A DNA stretch of 64,000 bases from an uncultured Solirubrobacteraceae bacterium (GCA_963805745.1 CAWDVD010000002.1:1253119-1317118), one strand, 5' to 3'. Positions 39,495 to 54,309 are shown, counted from the stretch's first letter. Translations and numbers: made by a program. The notes: generated from the sequence alone by a model not told the origin.

Positions 39495-39781
39495 GCAGAA
39501 CCGCCCCGCGACCCCTGACCGCCGCGCTCGGGGATCTCACCAGCGCCCTCGCACCCGCCAGCACGCTCGCGCGGGTGCAGGAGGTCTGGGAGCGCACGGC
39601 CGGCCCGGCGATCGCCGCCTGCGCGCGCCCCACCGCCGAGCGCGACGGCGTCCTCACGGTCACCTGCGCAGCCGCCGTATGGGCGCAGGAGCTGGACCTC
39701 ATGGCCGGCGTGCTCGTCCCCCGCCTCAACGCCGCGCTCGGCGCCGAGCGCGTCCGCGAGCTGCGCTGCCGGACCGGCTGA
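39491..39781 (+). CDS. DUF721 / DciA-family protein
   Basis: VWERTAGPAIA...DGVLTVTCAAAVWAQEL, in the canonical position between recF and gyrB with an ATGA overlap. Confidence 0.88.
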   Translation: MSRTAPRPLTAALGDLTSALAPASTLARVQEVWERTAGPAIAACARPTAERDGVLTVTCAAAVWAQELDLMAGVLVPRLNAALGAERVRELRCRTG

Positions 39782-39931
39782 TGCGCTCGCCTGACCACCG
39801 GACTGACGGGCCGGCAGCGCTTTGGGCCCCTGAGCGCATATCGCCCTGTTTCCCGCCATTTTGCAGGCATTTAGGGCCTCCCGACAGCCCGATCAGGGGT
39901 GCCGCCATGCTATCCTTTCAGTCATAGCTAA

Positions 39932-44179
<4,248 letters not shown>

Positions 44180-44190
44180 GGAGGTGAGTG

Positions 44191-46719
44191 ATGGCAACAG
44201 CTGACGTGATCGGCGGTGGCAACGTCGAACCGCGCGCGCTCGAGGAGGAGATGCGTACGGCCTACCTCGACTACGCCATGTCGGTGATCGTCGGGCGCGC
44301 GCTCCCCGACGTTCGCGACGGCCTCAAGCCCGTGCACCGCCGCGTTCTCTATGCGATGAACGAGCTCGGGCTCGGGCCGACCCGCTCCTACGCGAAGTGC
44401 GCCAAGATCGTCGGCGAGGTGATGGGCAACTATCACCCCCACGGCGACTCCGCCATCTACGACACGCTCGTGCGCATGGCTCAGAACTTCTCGATGCGCA
44501 ACGAGCTCGTCGACGGCCAGGGCAACTTCGGGTCGGTGGACGACGATCCGGCTGCCGCCATGAGATACACAGAGGCGCGTTTGTCTCGAATTGCCACCGA
44601 GATGCTGCGCGACCTGGACATGGACACGGTCGACTTCGTCGCCAACTACGACGGCTCGCGCCGCGAACCGCTCGTCCTACCGGCACGCTTTCCCAACCTG
44701 CTCGTCAACGGCTCCTCGGGCATCGCCGTCGGCATGGCCACCAACATCCCACCGCACAACCTGCGCGAGGTGATCGACGCGACGATCGCCTACATCGACG
44801 ATCCCGACATCGACACCGCCGGGCTGATGCGCCACATCAAAGGCCCGGACTTCCCCACCGGGGGGATCATTCTCGGCCACGCTGGCATCAAGGACGCCTA
44901 CGAGACAGGCCGCGGCCGCGTGCGCGTCCAGGCCCGCGCGCACATCGAGCCGCTGAGCCATGGCAAGGAGGCGATCGTGGTGACCGAGCTGCCGTTCATG
45001 GTCAAGAAGGGCGGCGAAGGCAACCTGGAAACGAAAATCGCCGACCTCGCGAACGAAAAGCGGATCCCCGAGATCTCCGATCTGCGCGACGAGTCCGACA
45101 AGCGCGGCATGCGCCTGGTGATCGAGCTCAAGCGCGACGCCATTCCGAAGGTCGTGCTCAACAAGCTCTACAAGCACACGCCGATGCAGACGACCTTCGG
45201 CGTGAACATGGTCGCGCTTGTGGACGGCGTGCCGCGCACGCTCAGCCTGCGCGAGGCGATCGGCAGCTACGTCGCCCACCAGCGCGAGGTGATCGTGCGG
45301 CGCACCAAGCACGAGCTGTCCGAGAAGGAGGCCCGCGCCCACATCCTCGAGGGGCTGCTGACCGCGCTCGAGCACCTCGACGCGATCATCGAGCTGATCC
45401 GCGGCTCGCGCGACCGCGACAGCGCGCGCGAGCAGCTCATCGCCCGCTTCGAGCTGAGCGCCATCCAGGCCACCGCGATCCTCGACCTGCGCCTCTCCCA
45501 GCTCACCGCGCTGGAGGCCGACGGGATCAAACAGGAGCACGCCGACGTCACCGAGCGCATCGCCGAGCTGCGCGCGATCCTCGGCGACGAGACCCGCGTC
45601 CTGTCCGTGATCAAGGAGGAGCTGACGGAGATCTCCGAGCGCTTCGGCGACGAGCGCCGCACCGAGATCAGCCACTCCGAGGACGAGATCGACATCGAGG
45701 ACCTGATCGCCGATCAGCAGATGGTCATCACGATCACGCAGACGGGCTACATCAAGTCGCTGCCGCTGGCCACCTACCGCCAGCAGCAGCGGGGCGGGCG
45801 CGGCGTGACCGGGATGGACATGAAGGACGGCGACTTCATCGAGCACCTGTTCGTGTGCTCCTCGCACGACTACCTGCTGTTCTTCTCCAACCGCGGCAAG
45901 GTCTACCGCTCGAAGGTCTACGAGCTGCCCGAGGCCCAGCGCACGGCCAAGGGGCGCGCGCTCGTGAACATCCTGCCGCTGCGCGAGGGCGAGCGCATCC
46001 AGGCCGTGGTCTCGACACGCGACTTCACCGAGACCCAGTTCCTCGTGTTCGCGACACGCAACGGCACCGTCAAGAAGACCGAGCTTCAGTCCTACAACAC
46101 GCCGATCAAAGCCGACGGCATCATCGCCATCAACATCCGCGACGACGACGAGCTGCTGGCCGTGCGCGCAGTCGCCCCCGGCGATGAGATCATCATGGTC
46201 TCCCGCGCCGGCCTGACCGTCCGCTTCGCCGAGTCCGACGCGCGCTCGATGGGGCGCGACACGACCGGCGTGCGCGGCATGGACGTGGGCAAGTCCGGCC
46301 GCGTGATCGCCATGGACGTCGCGCGCGACGACATGGACCTGCTGGTGGTCACCGAGAACGGCTACGGCAAGCGCACCCAGATCGCGCAATACCGCAAGAC
46401 CAACCGCGGTGCCAAAGGCGTCAAGACGATCGGCCTGACCGAGCAGAAGGGCGCGCTCGCCGGCGCGCTCGTCGTGCGCGAGCACCAGGAGCTGGTGTTC
46501 ATCAGCGTCGGCGGCATGGTCCAGAGGACCGCAGCCGGTGGCATCTCCCAGCAGGGTCGCTCGGCAACCGGCGTGCGCGTGATGAACCTCAAGGACGACG
46601 ACGTCGTAAGCGCCGTCGCGCTGGTCGTGGACACCGGCGAGGATGACGCGCCCGCCGCCTCCGGCGCCGGCGAGCAGCCGAACGACGAGCAGCCGAACGA
46701 CAACGGCGCCGGCGCCTAG
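44191..46719 (+). CDS. gyrA: DNA gyrase subunit A
   Basis: [36 protein letters not shown] and the GyrA-box QQRGGRG. Confidence 0.98.
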   Translation: MATADVIGGGNVEPRALEEEMRTAYLDYAMSVIVGRALPDVRDGLKPVHRRVLYAMNELGLGPTRSYAKCAKIVGEVMGNYHPHGDSAIYDTLVRMAQNFSMRNELVDGQGNFGSVDDDPAAAMRYTEARLSRIATEMLRDLDMDTVDFVANYDGSRREPLVLPARFPNLLVNGSSGIAVGMATNIPPHNLREVIDATIAYIDDPDIDTAGLMRHIKGPDFPTGGIILGHAGIKDAYETGRGRVRVQARAHIEPLSHGKEAIVVTELPFMVKKGGEGNLETKIADLANEKRIPEISDLRDESDKRGMRLVIELKRDAIPKVVLNKLYKHTPMQTTFGVNMVALVDGVPRTLSLREAIGSYVAHQREVIVRRTKHELSEKEARAHILEGLLTALEHLDAIIELIRGSRDRDSAREQLIARFELSAIQATAILDLRLSQLTALEADGIKQEHADVTERIAELRAILGDETRVLSVIKEELTEISERFGDERRTEISHSEDEIDIEDLIADQQMVITITQTGYIKSLPLATYRQQQRGGRGVTGMDMKDGDFIEHLFVCSSHDYLLFFSNRGKVYRSKVYELPEAQRTAKGRALVNILPLREGERIQAVVSTRDFTETQFLVFATRNGTVKKTELQSYNTPIKADGIIAINIRDDDELLAVRAVAPGDEIIMVSRAGLTVRFAESDARSMGRDTTGVRGMDVGKSGRVIAMDVARDDMDLLVVTENGYGKRTQIAQYRKTNRGAKGVKTIGLTEQKGALAGALVVREHQELVFISVGGMVQRTAAGGISQQGRSATGVRVMNLKDDDVVSAVALVVDTGEDDAPAASGAGEQPNDEQPNDNGAGA

Positions 46720-46840
46720 CTCGACAGCGATATCATTGGTTGCGCAAGATTTTTCCCACGATTTCTGACGCTGTCTCCCACCCGTCCAGATTCGTGCGCT
46801 AGCGCTCAGACAGGCATAGGCGCCGGCCGACAGGCTGAGG

Positions 46841-47737
46841 GTGCCTATCGCCCGCAGCCTCCCAGTCCTCGCCCTTTCGATCCTCAGCTGTGCCGCGTTC
46901 GCCGCCGCCACCGACCCCGCCGCAGCCTCGCGTCCCTCCGGGAGCTTCGGTGGGACGGTCGCCCACGCGACCGCCGCCGGCCGAGCCAACCGCGCCCGCG
47001 CCGGCTGCGTCAAGAACTCCGCCCGCGCCTCGCGCCGCGCTCGCCTGGCCGCGCACGGCTGCCGGGGGAGAGCACGCAAGCCCCGCGCCCAGAAGCCCGC
47101 AGGAACCCGCCCCGCGAGGACCCGCCCGGCAAAGACGCGTCCTGCGAGGACCCGTCCGACCCCAGCCCCCCGCGCGACCAGCCCGACGCCCGCCGCGAGC
47201 ACGGCGCCGGCCGCCTCCGCCCGCAGCGACGCCGCGACGATCGCAACCGTCCTCGCCACGTCCTGCCAGAACACCGAACTGACCCCCGACGTGGAAGACA
47301 TCGGCCTGGTGCGCGCTGCCGTCCTCTGCCTGATCAACCGCAAGCGCGCCGAAAACGGCGAGAGCCCGCTGGTGACGAGCCCGGAGCTGGAAGAGGCAGC
47401 CGAAGGCCACTGCCAGGAACTGATCGCCGACGATTACTTCGCGCACGTCTCGCCCAGCGGCGAGACCCCCGTGGAACGCATCCGCCTGACCGGCTACATA
47501 CCGAACCTCGGCGACGGCTACGTGATCGGCGAGAACCTCGCCTGGGGCACCTATCAGCTGTCGACCCCCCAGGCGATCGTGTCGGCCTGGATCGCCTCGC
47601 CCGGGCACCTCGCCAACATCCTCGAAGCCCAGTACCGCGAAACGGGAATCGGCGTCACGCCCGCCGTGCCCGCGTCGCTCTCCGGCGGCGCCCCCGGCGC
47701 CACCTACGCGCAGGAGTTCGGCGTCATCATCCCCTGA
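46841..47737 (+). CDS. Secreted CAP (SCP/allergen V5) domain protein
   Basis: Signal peptide and basic linker, then CLINRKR, YFAHVSP, GENLAWG and SPGHLANIL. Confidence 0.88.
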   Translation: MPIARSLPVLALSILSCAAFAAATDPAAASRPSGSFGGTVAHATAAGRANRARAGCVKNSARASRRARLAAHGCRGRARKPRAQKPAGTRPARTRPAKTRPARTRPTPAPRATSPTPAASTAPAASARSDAATIATVLATSCQNTELTPDVEDIGLVRAAVLCLINRKRAENGESPLVTSPELEEAAEGHCQELIADDYFAHVSPSGETPVERIRLTGYIPNLGDGYVIGENLAWGTYQLSTPQAIVSAWIASPGHLANILEAQYRETGIGVTPAVPASLSGGAPGATYAQEFGVIIP

Positions 47738-47846
47738 GCCGGAAGGGTGGGCTCCGGCACTGCGAGCTCCGAGGTGGGCTCTCATCCCCGCATGTCATCT
47801 CCGTTCGCTAATCTGGCCAGACCAGAGAAAGGAGGTGGTCCAAACG

Positions 47847-47891
47847 TTGAGTGACAGTTCTTGCGGGACCCTGGAGGTGACCGGCCGTTAG
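47847..47891 (+). CDS. Putative 14-aa small peptide MSDSSCGTLEVTGR
   Basis: TTG start 9 nt after AAAGGAGGTG, with a TAG stop at 47889-47891. Confidence 0.35.
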   Translation: MSDSSCGTLEVTGR

Positions 47892-48006
47892 GTCGGGAGG
47901 CTGGACCGCCTAGCGGAATCCAACCCGGGACACCCCGAGACGACTGCCGGCCCTGGTCCCTCCGGCCTCGCCCGTCGCTCTCGGTCTTTCCAGTCAACAG
48001 CAGCTT

Positions 48007-48047
48007 GCGAAGGGCGCCGTCGTGCAGGCGCCCTTCGCTTTCTCTTT
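48007..48047 (+). terminator. Rho-independent terminator
   Basis: Perfect 12-bp stem GCGAAGGGCGCC/GGCGCCCTTCGC with an 8-nt loop, then TTTCTCTTT. Confidence 0.85.
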
Positions 48048-48060
48048 GGCCGCTGCGGCG

Positions 48061-48567
48061 TCAGGCGGCCTGCGGCAGGTACTGCAGCCATGCCGCCGGG
48101 ATCGTCGGGCTGGCGACGTGGATGAAGATCTCCGCCCGCGGCGTGCGCGGGGCGTGCCTCGGGTGCATCCCCGCCTGCCGCGGCAGGCGGTCCCCCTTGC
48201 GCCGGTTGCACGGCGCGCACGAGGCGACGATGTTCTCCCAGCTGGAGGTGCCGCCCTTGGAGCGGGGGATGACGTGGTCGACGGTCAGGTTGGAGTGCGA
48301 TCCGCAGTACTGGCAGGTCCAGCTGTCCCTGGCGAACACCGCCCTCCGGGTGATCTTGCGCCGGTGCGCGTCACGCGGAACCCTCACGTAGCTGACGAGC
48401 CGGATCACCACCGGTCGCGCGAGCGTCGAGCTCTCCGAGCGCAGCTCCCGGCGGCCGCGCTCGACCAGCTCGGCCTTGTCCTTGAGCAGCAGCACCACCG
48501 CGCGCCGCACCGTGCACACGTTGATCGGCTCGTACGTGGCGTTCAGGACGAGCACCCGGCCGCTCAT
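48061..48567 (-). CDS. HNH endonuclease (McrA-like)
   Basis: VLVLNATYEP, CQYCG, TVDHVIPRSKGG...WENIVASCAPCNRRKG. Confidence 0.92.
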   Translation of the reverse strand: MSGRVLVLNATYEPINVCTVRRAVVLLLKDKAELVERGRRELRSESSTLARPVVIRLVSYVRVPRDAHRRKITRRAVFARDSWTCQYCGSHSNLTVDHVIPRSKGGTSSWENIVASCAPCNRRKGDRLPRQAGMHPRHAPRTPRAEIFIHVASPTIPAAWLQYLPQAA

Positions 48568-48731
48568 CGCCTTCGCGGGCGATGTCCCAGGTCCGTGCCG
48601 CTGGTGCTCTGAAGGCGACACGGACCCCACCGGCTCTGGTGGGGCTGTGCTCTCCATCTTCAGGCCCGGAGTCTAGCGAGGCCCGCCCGTCCACGCTCTC
48701 CGCGCGCGGCGCTGTGGGCTGCTCGCGTCGG

Positions 48732-49646
48732 TCAGGACCCGGGCCGCCGGGGATCGGCGGCGGCCCGGTAGGAGCCGAGCACGCGCACCTCCTCGCACAG
48801 GCCCCGCATGCCCGCGATCGCCTCCGCGACCGGATCGTCCACCACGCGGCCGGCGAGGTCGGCGAAGAACATGTAGCTGCCGAGACGCTGCCGGCGCGGG
48901 CGCGACTCGATCTTCGTCAGGTTGATGTCCCTGCCCGCGAACTCGTCCAGGCAACGCACGAGCCAGCCCGGCCGCTCGGCGCCCGCGCCCCAGAACACCA
49001 GCGATGTCTTCCACTCGCCGCCGCCCCCGCGCAGCGGCGCCGCGGGGCGATCCTCGCTCGGCCGCGCCAGCCACACGAAGCGCGTTTCGTTGTCGTCGCG
49101 GTCCTCGACTCCCTCGCGGATGACCGTGCCGCCGTAGATCTCCGCCGCCAGCACGGTCCCGATGGCCGCCTGCCCGCGCCTGCCTGCGCTCACCACCGTG
49201 CGCACGGCCTCCGCGGTGGAGCTGGCCGGTAGGACCTGTGCGCGCGCCAGCTCGTTGCGCAGGAACAGCGTGCACTGCCCCGGAACCTGGGGGTGGGTGA
49301 TGACCGTCTCGATCTCCTCCAGCGCCACCGCCCCGGGGGCGATCAGCGAGTGCCTGACGCGCAGCAGCGCCTCGCCCACGATCTTGACGTCGCTCGCGTC
49401 TCCCGCGAGCAGGTCGAGCGTCACGTTGATCGATCCCTCCAGCGAGTTCTCGATCGGCACGATCGCCCAGCTGACGTCTCCGTGGCGCAGCGCCATCACG
49501 GTGTCGTAGATGCTCGCCAGCGCAAGCGGCTCCACGGCGTCCTGCGTCGCGCTGGCCAGCAGCGCCTCCTCGGTGAACGTTCCCGCCGGTCCGAGATAGC
49601 CGACGCGCGGCCGGCCGGCCGGCGAGCTCTCAGGCTGGCTGCTCAT
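48732..49646 (-). CDS. pheA: Prephenate dehydratase
   Basis: YLGPAGTFTEEA, VPIENSLEG, NETRF and the ACT-domain motif INLTKIESRP. Confidence 0.95.
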   Translation of the reverse strand: MSSQPESSPAGRPRVGYLGPAGTFTEEALLASATQDAVEPLALASIYDTVMALRHGDVSWAIVPIENSLEGSINVTLDLLAGDASDVKIVGEALLRVRHSLIAPGAVALEEIETVITHPQVPGQCTLFLRNELARAQVLPASSTAEAVRTVVSAGRRGQAAIGTVLAAEIYGGTVIREGVEDRDDNETRFVWLARPSEDRPAAPLRGGGGEWKTSLVFWGAGAERPGWLVRCLDEFAGRDINLTKIESRPRRQRLGSYMFFADLAGRVVDDPVAEAIAGMRGLCEEVRVLGSYRAAADPRRPGS

Positions 49647-50184
49647 CCGTGGCCGACCCGCCCCCACCCCAGTCCCCGTCGCCTGCCAGGGCCAGGCGCA
49701 CGGCCTCGGCCTCCTCCGGCGAGAGCTCCAGTTCGCCGCGCCCGTCGCGCACCTGCTTGCCGTACACGCGCGCCTGGTCGCGGTGGTGGATGCACGAGAG
49801 CACGATGCCCGACCGTTCGTCGTCCAGCAGCGCGATCGACATCGACTGGTGCCCGGACAGCTCGTTGTAGGCGTCGTAGCGCACCAGCGCGCGGTGCGCG
49901 ATGCGTCCCCGCAGCGCCGCCTCCACGGCCCCCAGGCGCGCGTCCAGGCGCGTGGAGGTCTCCTCCACGTATGCGCTCAGCGCCTGGAACGCCTCCTGCA
50001 TGGCGGCCGCGTGCGCCACCACGTCCTGCTGCTCGCGCTCGCCGAGCACCAGCCGCTGAGCCCGGCGCAGGCGGCGCACGCCCACGCTGAGCGCCGCGCA
50101 TGCCAGCAGCGCGGCGATCGCCAGCGCCCCGGCCGCGATGGCGATGATTCCCTGCGTGTCGGTGATCGATGCGGCCATCGCCAC
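49630..50184 (-). CDS. DUF4446-family membrane protein
   Basis: N-terminal TM helix, then VRYDAYNELSGHQSMSIALLD and ELSPEEAEA. Confidence 0.8.
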   Translation of the reverse strand: MAMAASITDTQGIIAIAAGALAIAALLACAALSVGVRRLRRAQRLVLGEREQQDVVAHAAAMQEAFQALSAYVEETSTRLDARLGAVEAALRGRIAHRALVRYDAYNELSGHQSMSIALLDDERSGIVLSCIHHRDQARVYGKQVRDGRGELELSPEEAEAVRLALAGDGDWGGGGSATDEQPA

Positions 50185-50283
50185 AACTTAGCCGCTGGCG
50201 CCGCGCACGCGGCCCGCCCCCGCGGGGCGGCCCGCCCTCCACAGCATGGGCCCGCCACCGGCAGTGCCGCCACGGTGCCGGGC

Positions 50284-51435
50284 CTATTCGCCGAAGATCG
50301 CCAGGTAGCTGCCCTTGTTGTTTTCGGTGTTCGTCTCACCGGGCACCGGCTGGATATACGCTTCCACCTTCGCCGGCGCCCCCTGCGGCACGCCGACGAC
50401 CGTGACTTCCGCGTTGACCTTGCTGCCCGGCTGGGTCGAGTTGATCACGTGGGATGCCTTGTACTGCTTGCCGGCCGCCGTCACCGCCACTTCGACCGTG
50501 ACGTCCGTCTCCTGGCTTTCGCCGGAGTCTTCGACGATCACCGTGAACGTCGGATTGGCTCCGCCGCTCACGTGGTTGACCGTCGGTTCGGGCTGCAGCG
50601 TGTTGGCGCCCACGCTCACCCCGATCAGCGCGCTGCCGTGGGTGCCCGGAGCGAGCGCCGTCTGGGAGCTGCTCGCGGCCTGGCCGGTGATGCGCGAGAG
50701 GGCGCCCGCCGCTTCGAGCCAGCCCAGGTTGGGCAGGAAGCGCGTAGGAGATGTCGTCAGGCCCTGGATCCCGTTGGCGGCCAGCGTCTGCTGGATCAGC
50801 GGGACCACGCGCTGGGAGTAGACGACGTCGGAGGCCAGGAAGATCTCCATGTCTCCGGCGAGCTTCGTGCTGTCCTGCTTGGCCTGCCCGTCGAGCGCCG
50901 TCGGCACGAGCGCCGCCACCTTGGTCATGCCTTCGACCCGCAGGTCGAGTGCCAGCAGCAGATCGCGCTGCGCCGAGGCCATTTCGCCGGGCACGCTCAG
51001 GCTCTTCGCGCGTGTGGCGATGCCCTGCGCCAGCCCTCGCAGTTCGTCGACCTGCTGCTCCACGTCGAGCGCGGACTTGTTGGCGGAGTTCGTCAGCGCC
51101 ACGAACAGCGGGTGGGAGACCTGGGTGTCGGATTCCTGCGCGAGTTCGCTGACGTCGTGGTTGTAGTTCTTCAGCGACTGCTGCTTTTCGCTTTTCAGGC
51201 AGCCGTTGATCAGCAGCACGATCGCGATCAGCAGCACGATCGCCACGCCCGCCGCCGCACGCCGGCGCACCATCAGGGTGTGCTGGTCGGACCCCGACGC
51301 GCCCGGGTGCTGAGAACGGCGCGGCCGTGGTCGCTGAGGGGACGCCCCGCCCGCCGGCCGATCGCCGGACGGCCGTCGCGGTGTGCGGGGCGACGGCCGC
51401 GATGCTGTCTCCTCGCCATCGTCAAAGAACGACAA
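50284..51435 (-). CDS. Conserved hypothetical membrane-anchored protein with a C-terminal Ig/CARDB-like domain
   Basis: One TM helix, a helical domain and a terminal PGETNTENN motif. A TTG start is assumed. Confidence 0.6.
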   Translation of the reverse strand: MSFFDDGEETASRPSPRTPRRPSGDRPAGGASPQRPRPRRSQHPGASGSDQHTLMVRRRAAAGVAIVLLIAIVLLINGCLKSEKQQSLKNYNHDVSELAQESDTQVSHPLFVALTNSANKSALDVEQQVDELRGLAQGIATRAKSLSVPGEMASAQRDLLLALDLRVEGMTKVAALVPTALDGQAKQDSTKLAGDMEIFLASDVVYSQRVVPLIQQTLAANGIQGLTTSPTRFLPNLGWLEAAGALSRITGQAASSSQTALAPGTHGSALIGVSVGANTLQPEPTVNHVSGGANPTFTVIVEDSGESQETDVTVEVAVTAAGKQYKASHVINSTQPGSKVNAEVTVVGVPQGAPAKVEAYIQPVPGETNTENNKGSYLAIFGE

Positions 51436-51586
51436 AGTCAACCGGCTCCTTTGCAGGGACTTTATGAAGGTTCCCAAGTATGACTGGCGGCCGTCCCCGA
51501 GGCGAGACTGCAACTTCTCGGTCAGTGCGCCATTTTCTGCCGGCCCCGGCAGGGACAGGGCCCGCCGACGGCGAACGCGGGAGCCG

Positions 51587-53416
51587 GTGGAGTCGCCGCA
51601 CACCCTCGTCCAAACGCCCGGTCCACGTGACGCCTCCGCGCAGGAGCCCACGCGCCGGCGCCTGACGCGCCGCGGCGATGCGCCCGGCGCCGAGGACGTC
51701 GTGCTCGGTCGCTACCGGCTGCTCGAGCGGCTCGGCACGGGCGGCTTCGGCGTGGTCTGGCGTGCCCACGACCAGCTGCTGCACCGCGAGGTGGCCGTCA
51801 AGCGGGTGTCGCTGGGGGCGGGTGGGGGTCCGATCGACAGCGAGCGCGCCGAGCGCGAGGCACTCGCCGCCGCGCGGCTGTCGCATCCGGCGATCGTCGC
51901 CCTGCACGAGGCGTGCGCGGTGGACGAAGCGTTCTATCTGATCTCCGAGCTGGTCGACGGCGAGACGCTCGCCCGGCTGATCGCCGAGCGGGCGCTCGCC
52001 GACGAGGAGGTGCTGGCGATCGGCCTGGCGCTCGCCAGCGCGCTGTCCCATGCCCACGCGCGCGGGGTCGTCCATCGCGACATCAAGCCCCAGAACGTGC
52101 TCGTGCCCTATCGCACGGAGGATGGCGCGCCTGCGCCCGAGGCGCTGGTCGCGGCGGCCAAGCTCACCGACTTCGGCGGCGCCAGCCTCGCCGGCGAGGA
52201 CGCCCTCACGCGCACCGGCGACGTGGTCGGCACGCTCGCGTACATGGCGCCCGAGCAGAGCGAGGGCCGCGACGTGGGCGCGCAGGCCGACCTGTACTCG
52301 CTCGCGCTCGTGATCTACGAGGCGCTGTGCGGGGTGAACCCCGTTCGCGGCCCCACGCCCGCCGCCACCGTGCGGCGCATCGGCCGCCCGCTGCAGCCGT
52401 TGCAGCGCAGGCGCCGAGATCTGCCCATCGCGCTCACGCGTGCCCTGGACCGAGCCCTGGCTCGCGAGCCGGCCGGCCGGGGGACCCTGGAGGAGCTGCG
52501 CCTCGCGTTCGAGGAAGCGCTCGAGCACGGGCTCAGGCGCCCCCGTTGGCGGCGCGGGCGCGCCGGCGCCCATCGCCTGGCAGCGGAGGATCCGTCAGCC
52601 ACCATGCGCCGTGCCGGCGCCACGCGTGCCCCCGCTCGACTACGCCCGCGCCCCGCCGCGCTCGACTACGCCCCCGCGCCCCGCCGGTTCGCCGACGCCG
52701 ATCCGACGGTCGCCCAGCCAGAGCAGGAGACCCCCCCGCGCCGGATCGTCGGGCTGCCGCGCGCCATGTGGCTTGCGTGCGCCGCCGCCGCGATCGGCTG
52801 GCAGGCGTTCGCCGGGCGCCCGGGCCTCGCCCTGCTGATGTTCGCGGCCCTGCTGCCGCTGCTGGTGCTGCCCGGCGCGCCTACGAGCACACGCCTCGGG
52901 GCGGGATGGCTCGCGTGCGCGCTGGCGCCCGTGCTCGGCCTCGCCGGCCTCGCCGGCGCCTTTCCCGCGCTCGCGGGGCAGGCATCGCGCTGGCGCGAGC
53001 GCGCGGCGCTGGCGGCGCTCGGGTACTGGTGGCTGGCGCTCGCCGCGCCGCTCCTCGGTCGGCGCCTGTGGCTGGGCCCGCCCTCGGGGACGCCAGCCCG
53101 CCCCGTCTGGGAGGGCTCGCTGAGCCTCGCCGCCACGCACGTCATCGCCCCGCTGCTCGTCCTCGGCATGCTCCTGGGTGCGCTGCTGTGGGGGGCCGGC
53201 GCGGCGGCGCTGCCGTGGATCGTGCGCGGGCGCAGCGCCGTGCTCGACGTCATCGCCGTCACCGTCTGGTCGGCCGCGATCGCGGCCGCCGCGCCCGCGC
53301 TGGATGCCGGACTGGCCGCCCACGCGACCCAGCCCAATCCCCGCGGCGCCGTCCTCGGCGCGATCCTCGGCGGCGTGATCGCGGTCGCCGCCCGCGCCCT
53401 GCGTGGACCCGTGTAG
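51587..53416 (+). CDS. Hanks-type Ser/Thr protein kinase with a multi-TM C-terminus
   Basis: LGTGGFGVVW, VAVK, HRDIKPQN and DFG, followed by several hydrophobic helices. The start is approximate. Confidence 0.88.
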   Translation: MESPHTLVQTPGPRDASAQEPTRRRLTRRGDAPGAEDVVLGRYRLLERLGTGGFGVVWRAHDQLLHREVAVKRVSLGAGGGPIDSERAEREALAAARLSHPAIVALHEACAVDEAFYLISELVDGETLARLIAERALADEEVLAIGLALASALSHAHARGVVHRDIKPQNVLVPYRTEDGAPAPEALVAAAKLTDFGGASLAGEDALTRTGDVVGTLAYMAPEQSEGRDVGAQADLYSLALVIYEALCGVNPVRGPTPAATVRRIGRPLQPLQRRRRDLPIALTRALDRALAREPAGRGTLEELRLAFEEALEHGLRRPRWRRGRAGAHRLAAEDPSATMRRAGATRAPARLRPRPAALDYAPAPRRFADADPTVAQPEQETPPRRIVGLPRAMWLACAAAAIGWQAFAGRPGLALLMFAALLPLLVLPGAPTSTRLGAGWLACALAPVLGLAGLAGAFPALAGQASRWRERAALAALGYWWLALAAPLLGRRLWLGPPSGTPARPVWEGSLSLAATHVIAPLLVLGMLLGALLWGAGAAALPWIVRGRSAVLDVIAVTVWSAAIAAAAPALDAGLAAHATQPNPRGAVLGAILGGVIAVAARALRGPV

Positions 53417-53514
53417 AGGCTGTCGAAACAGGTTCCGAGCAAGGGTGCGTAGCATGGCTGATCGTTGCCGGCCGATCGGCAGCGATTGATCAACGCCCGC
53501 CCACCCGTCCGCCG

Positions 53515-54309
53515 ATGAACCCGCTCAAGAGCGTCGAGACCACGATCGCCAACCTCGTCGAGGGCACCTTCGGGCGGCTGTTCCGCACGGAGGTGCGGCC
53601 GATGGAGCTCGCCCGCAAGCTCGCCCGCGAGATGGACTCGCACCGCACCGTCTCGGTCTCGCGCGTGTACGTCCCCAACGAGTACTCCGTGTGGCTCTCG
53701 CCCAAGGACCGCAAGCGCTACGAAGGGGTCGAGCACGAGGTCATCGGGGAGCTGTGCGCGTATCTGCTGGAGCACGCCCGCCGCGAGGATCTGATCATGG
53801 CCTCCCAGCCGCACATCGTCTTTCACACCGACGAGCGCCTGTCGCTCGGCGAATTCGGCATTCAGGCCCGGTTGGTCCGGGCCGGCGGTGAGGATGAGGG
53901 CGGGCAGCCTCATTCTCACCACCAACCCCCCCCATCTGCCGCGCCCGAACAGCATGGCCAGACGATGATCTACAGCAACTCCGAACGCGTCGGAGGCGCG
54001 GTCGAGGAGGCGCACGCCCGTCGCAGCGCCCAGCGCGCGCTGCTCGCCGTCGGCGCCCGCCGGCTGCTCGTGCCCCCCGGCGGCGGCACGATCGGCCGCA
54101 GCCACGACTGCGACGTCGTCCTCGACGACGTCGGCGTCTCGCGCCGGCATGCGAACATCCGCCCGGGACCCGACGGCTGGACGGTCGAGGATCTGGGGTC
54201 GACCAACGGCGTGCTCGTCAACGGCCAGACGGTTCGCGGCGTGCGAGCGCTGCAGCCGGGGGATCGTGTCGAGCTCGGCACGACCGAGATCGTGTTCGAA
54301 CTTGCATGA
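53515..54309 (+). CDS. fhaA: FhaA-like protein (DUF3662 + FHA)
   Basis: VRPMELARKLAREMD and the FHA motif IGRSHDCD...VSRRHA...DLGSTNG. Confidence 0.9.
   Translation: MNPLKSVETTIANLVEGTFGRLFRTEVRPMELARKLAREMDSHRTVSVSRVYVPNEYSVWLSPKDRKRYEGVEHEVIGELCAYLLEHARREDLIMASQPHIVFHTDERLSLGEFGIQARLVRAGGEDEGGQPHSHHQPPPSAAPEQHGQTMIYSNSERVGGAVEEAHARRSAQRALLAVGARRLLVPPGGGTIGRSHDCDVVLDDVGVSRRHANIRPGPDGWTVEDLGSTNGVLVNGQTVRGVRALQPGDRVELGTTEIVFELA

Larger units (their letters stand above)
47819..48047 (+). ncRNA. Candidate structured small RNA with extended 16S-tail complementarity and a 14-aa ORF
   Basis: TAATCT -10-like box at 47809. The 5' and 3' ends pair (47819-47828 with 47979-47987), there are nested helices, and a terminator follows. 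Confidence 0.5.

Noticed and set aside
46720-46840. tRNA genes or an sRNA after gyrA, as in many actinobacteria
   Set aside because: No cloverleaf is present. There is only an AT-rich promoter-like stretch with a weak inverted repeat.
44677-47343. Very long antisense ORFs (also 28623-30677, 52666-54150, 55983-57569 and others)
   Set aside because: These are shadow frames of well-supported genes, expected from high-GC codon bias.
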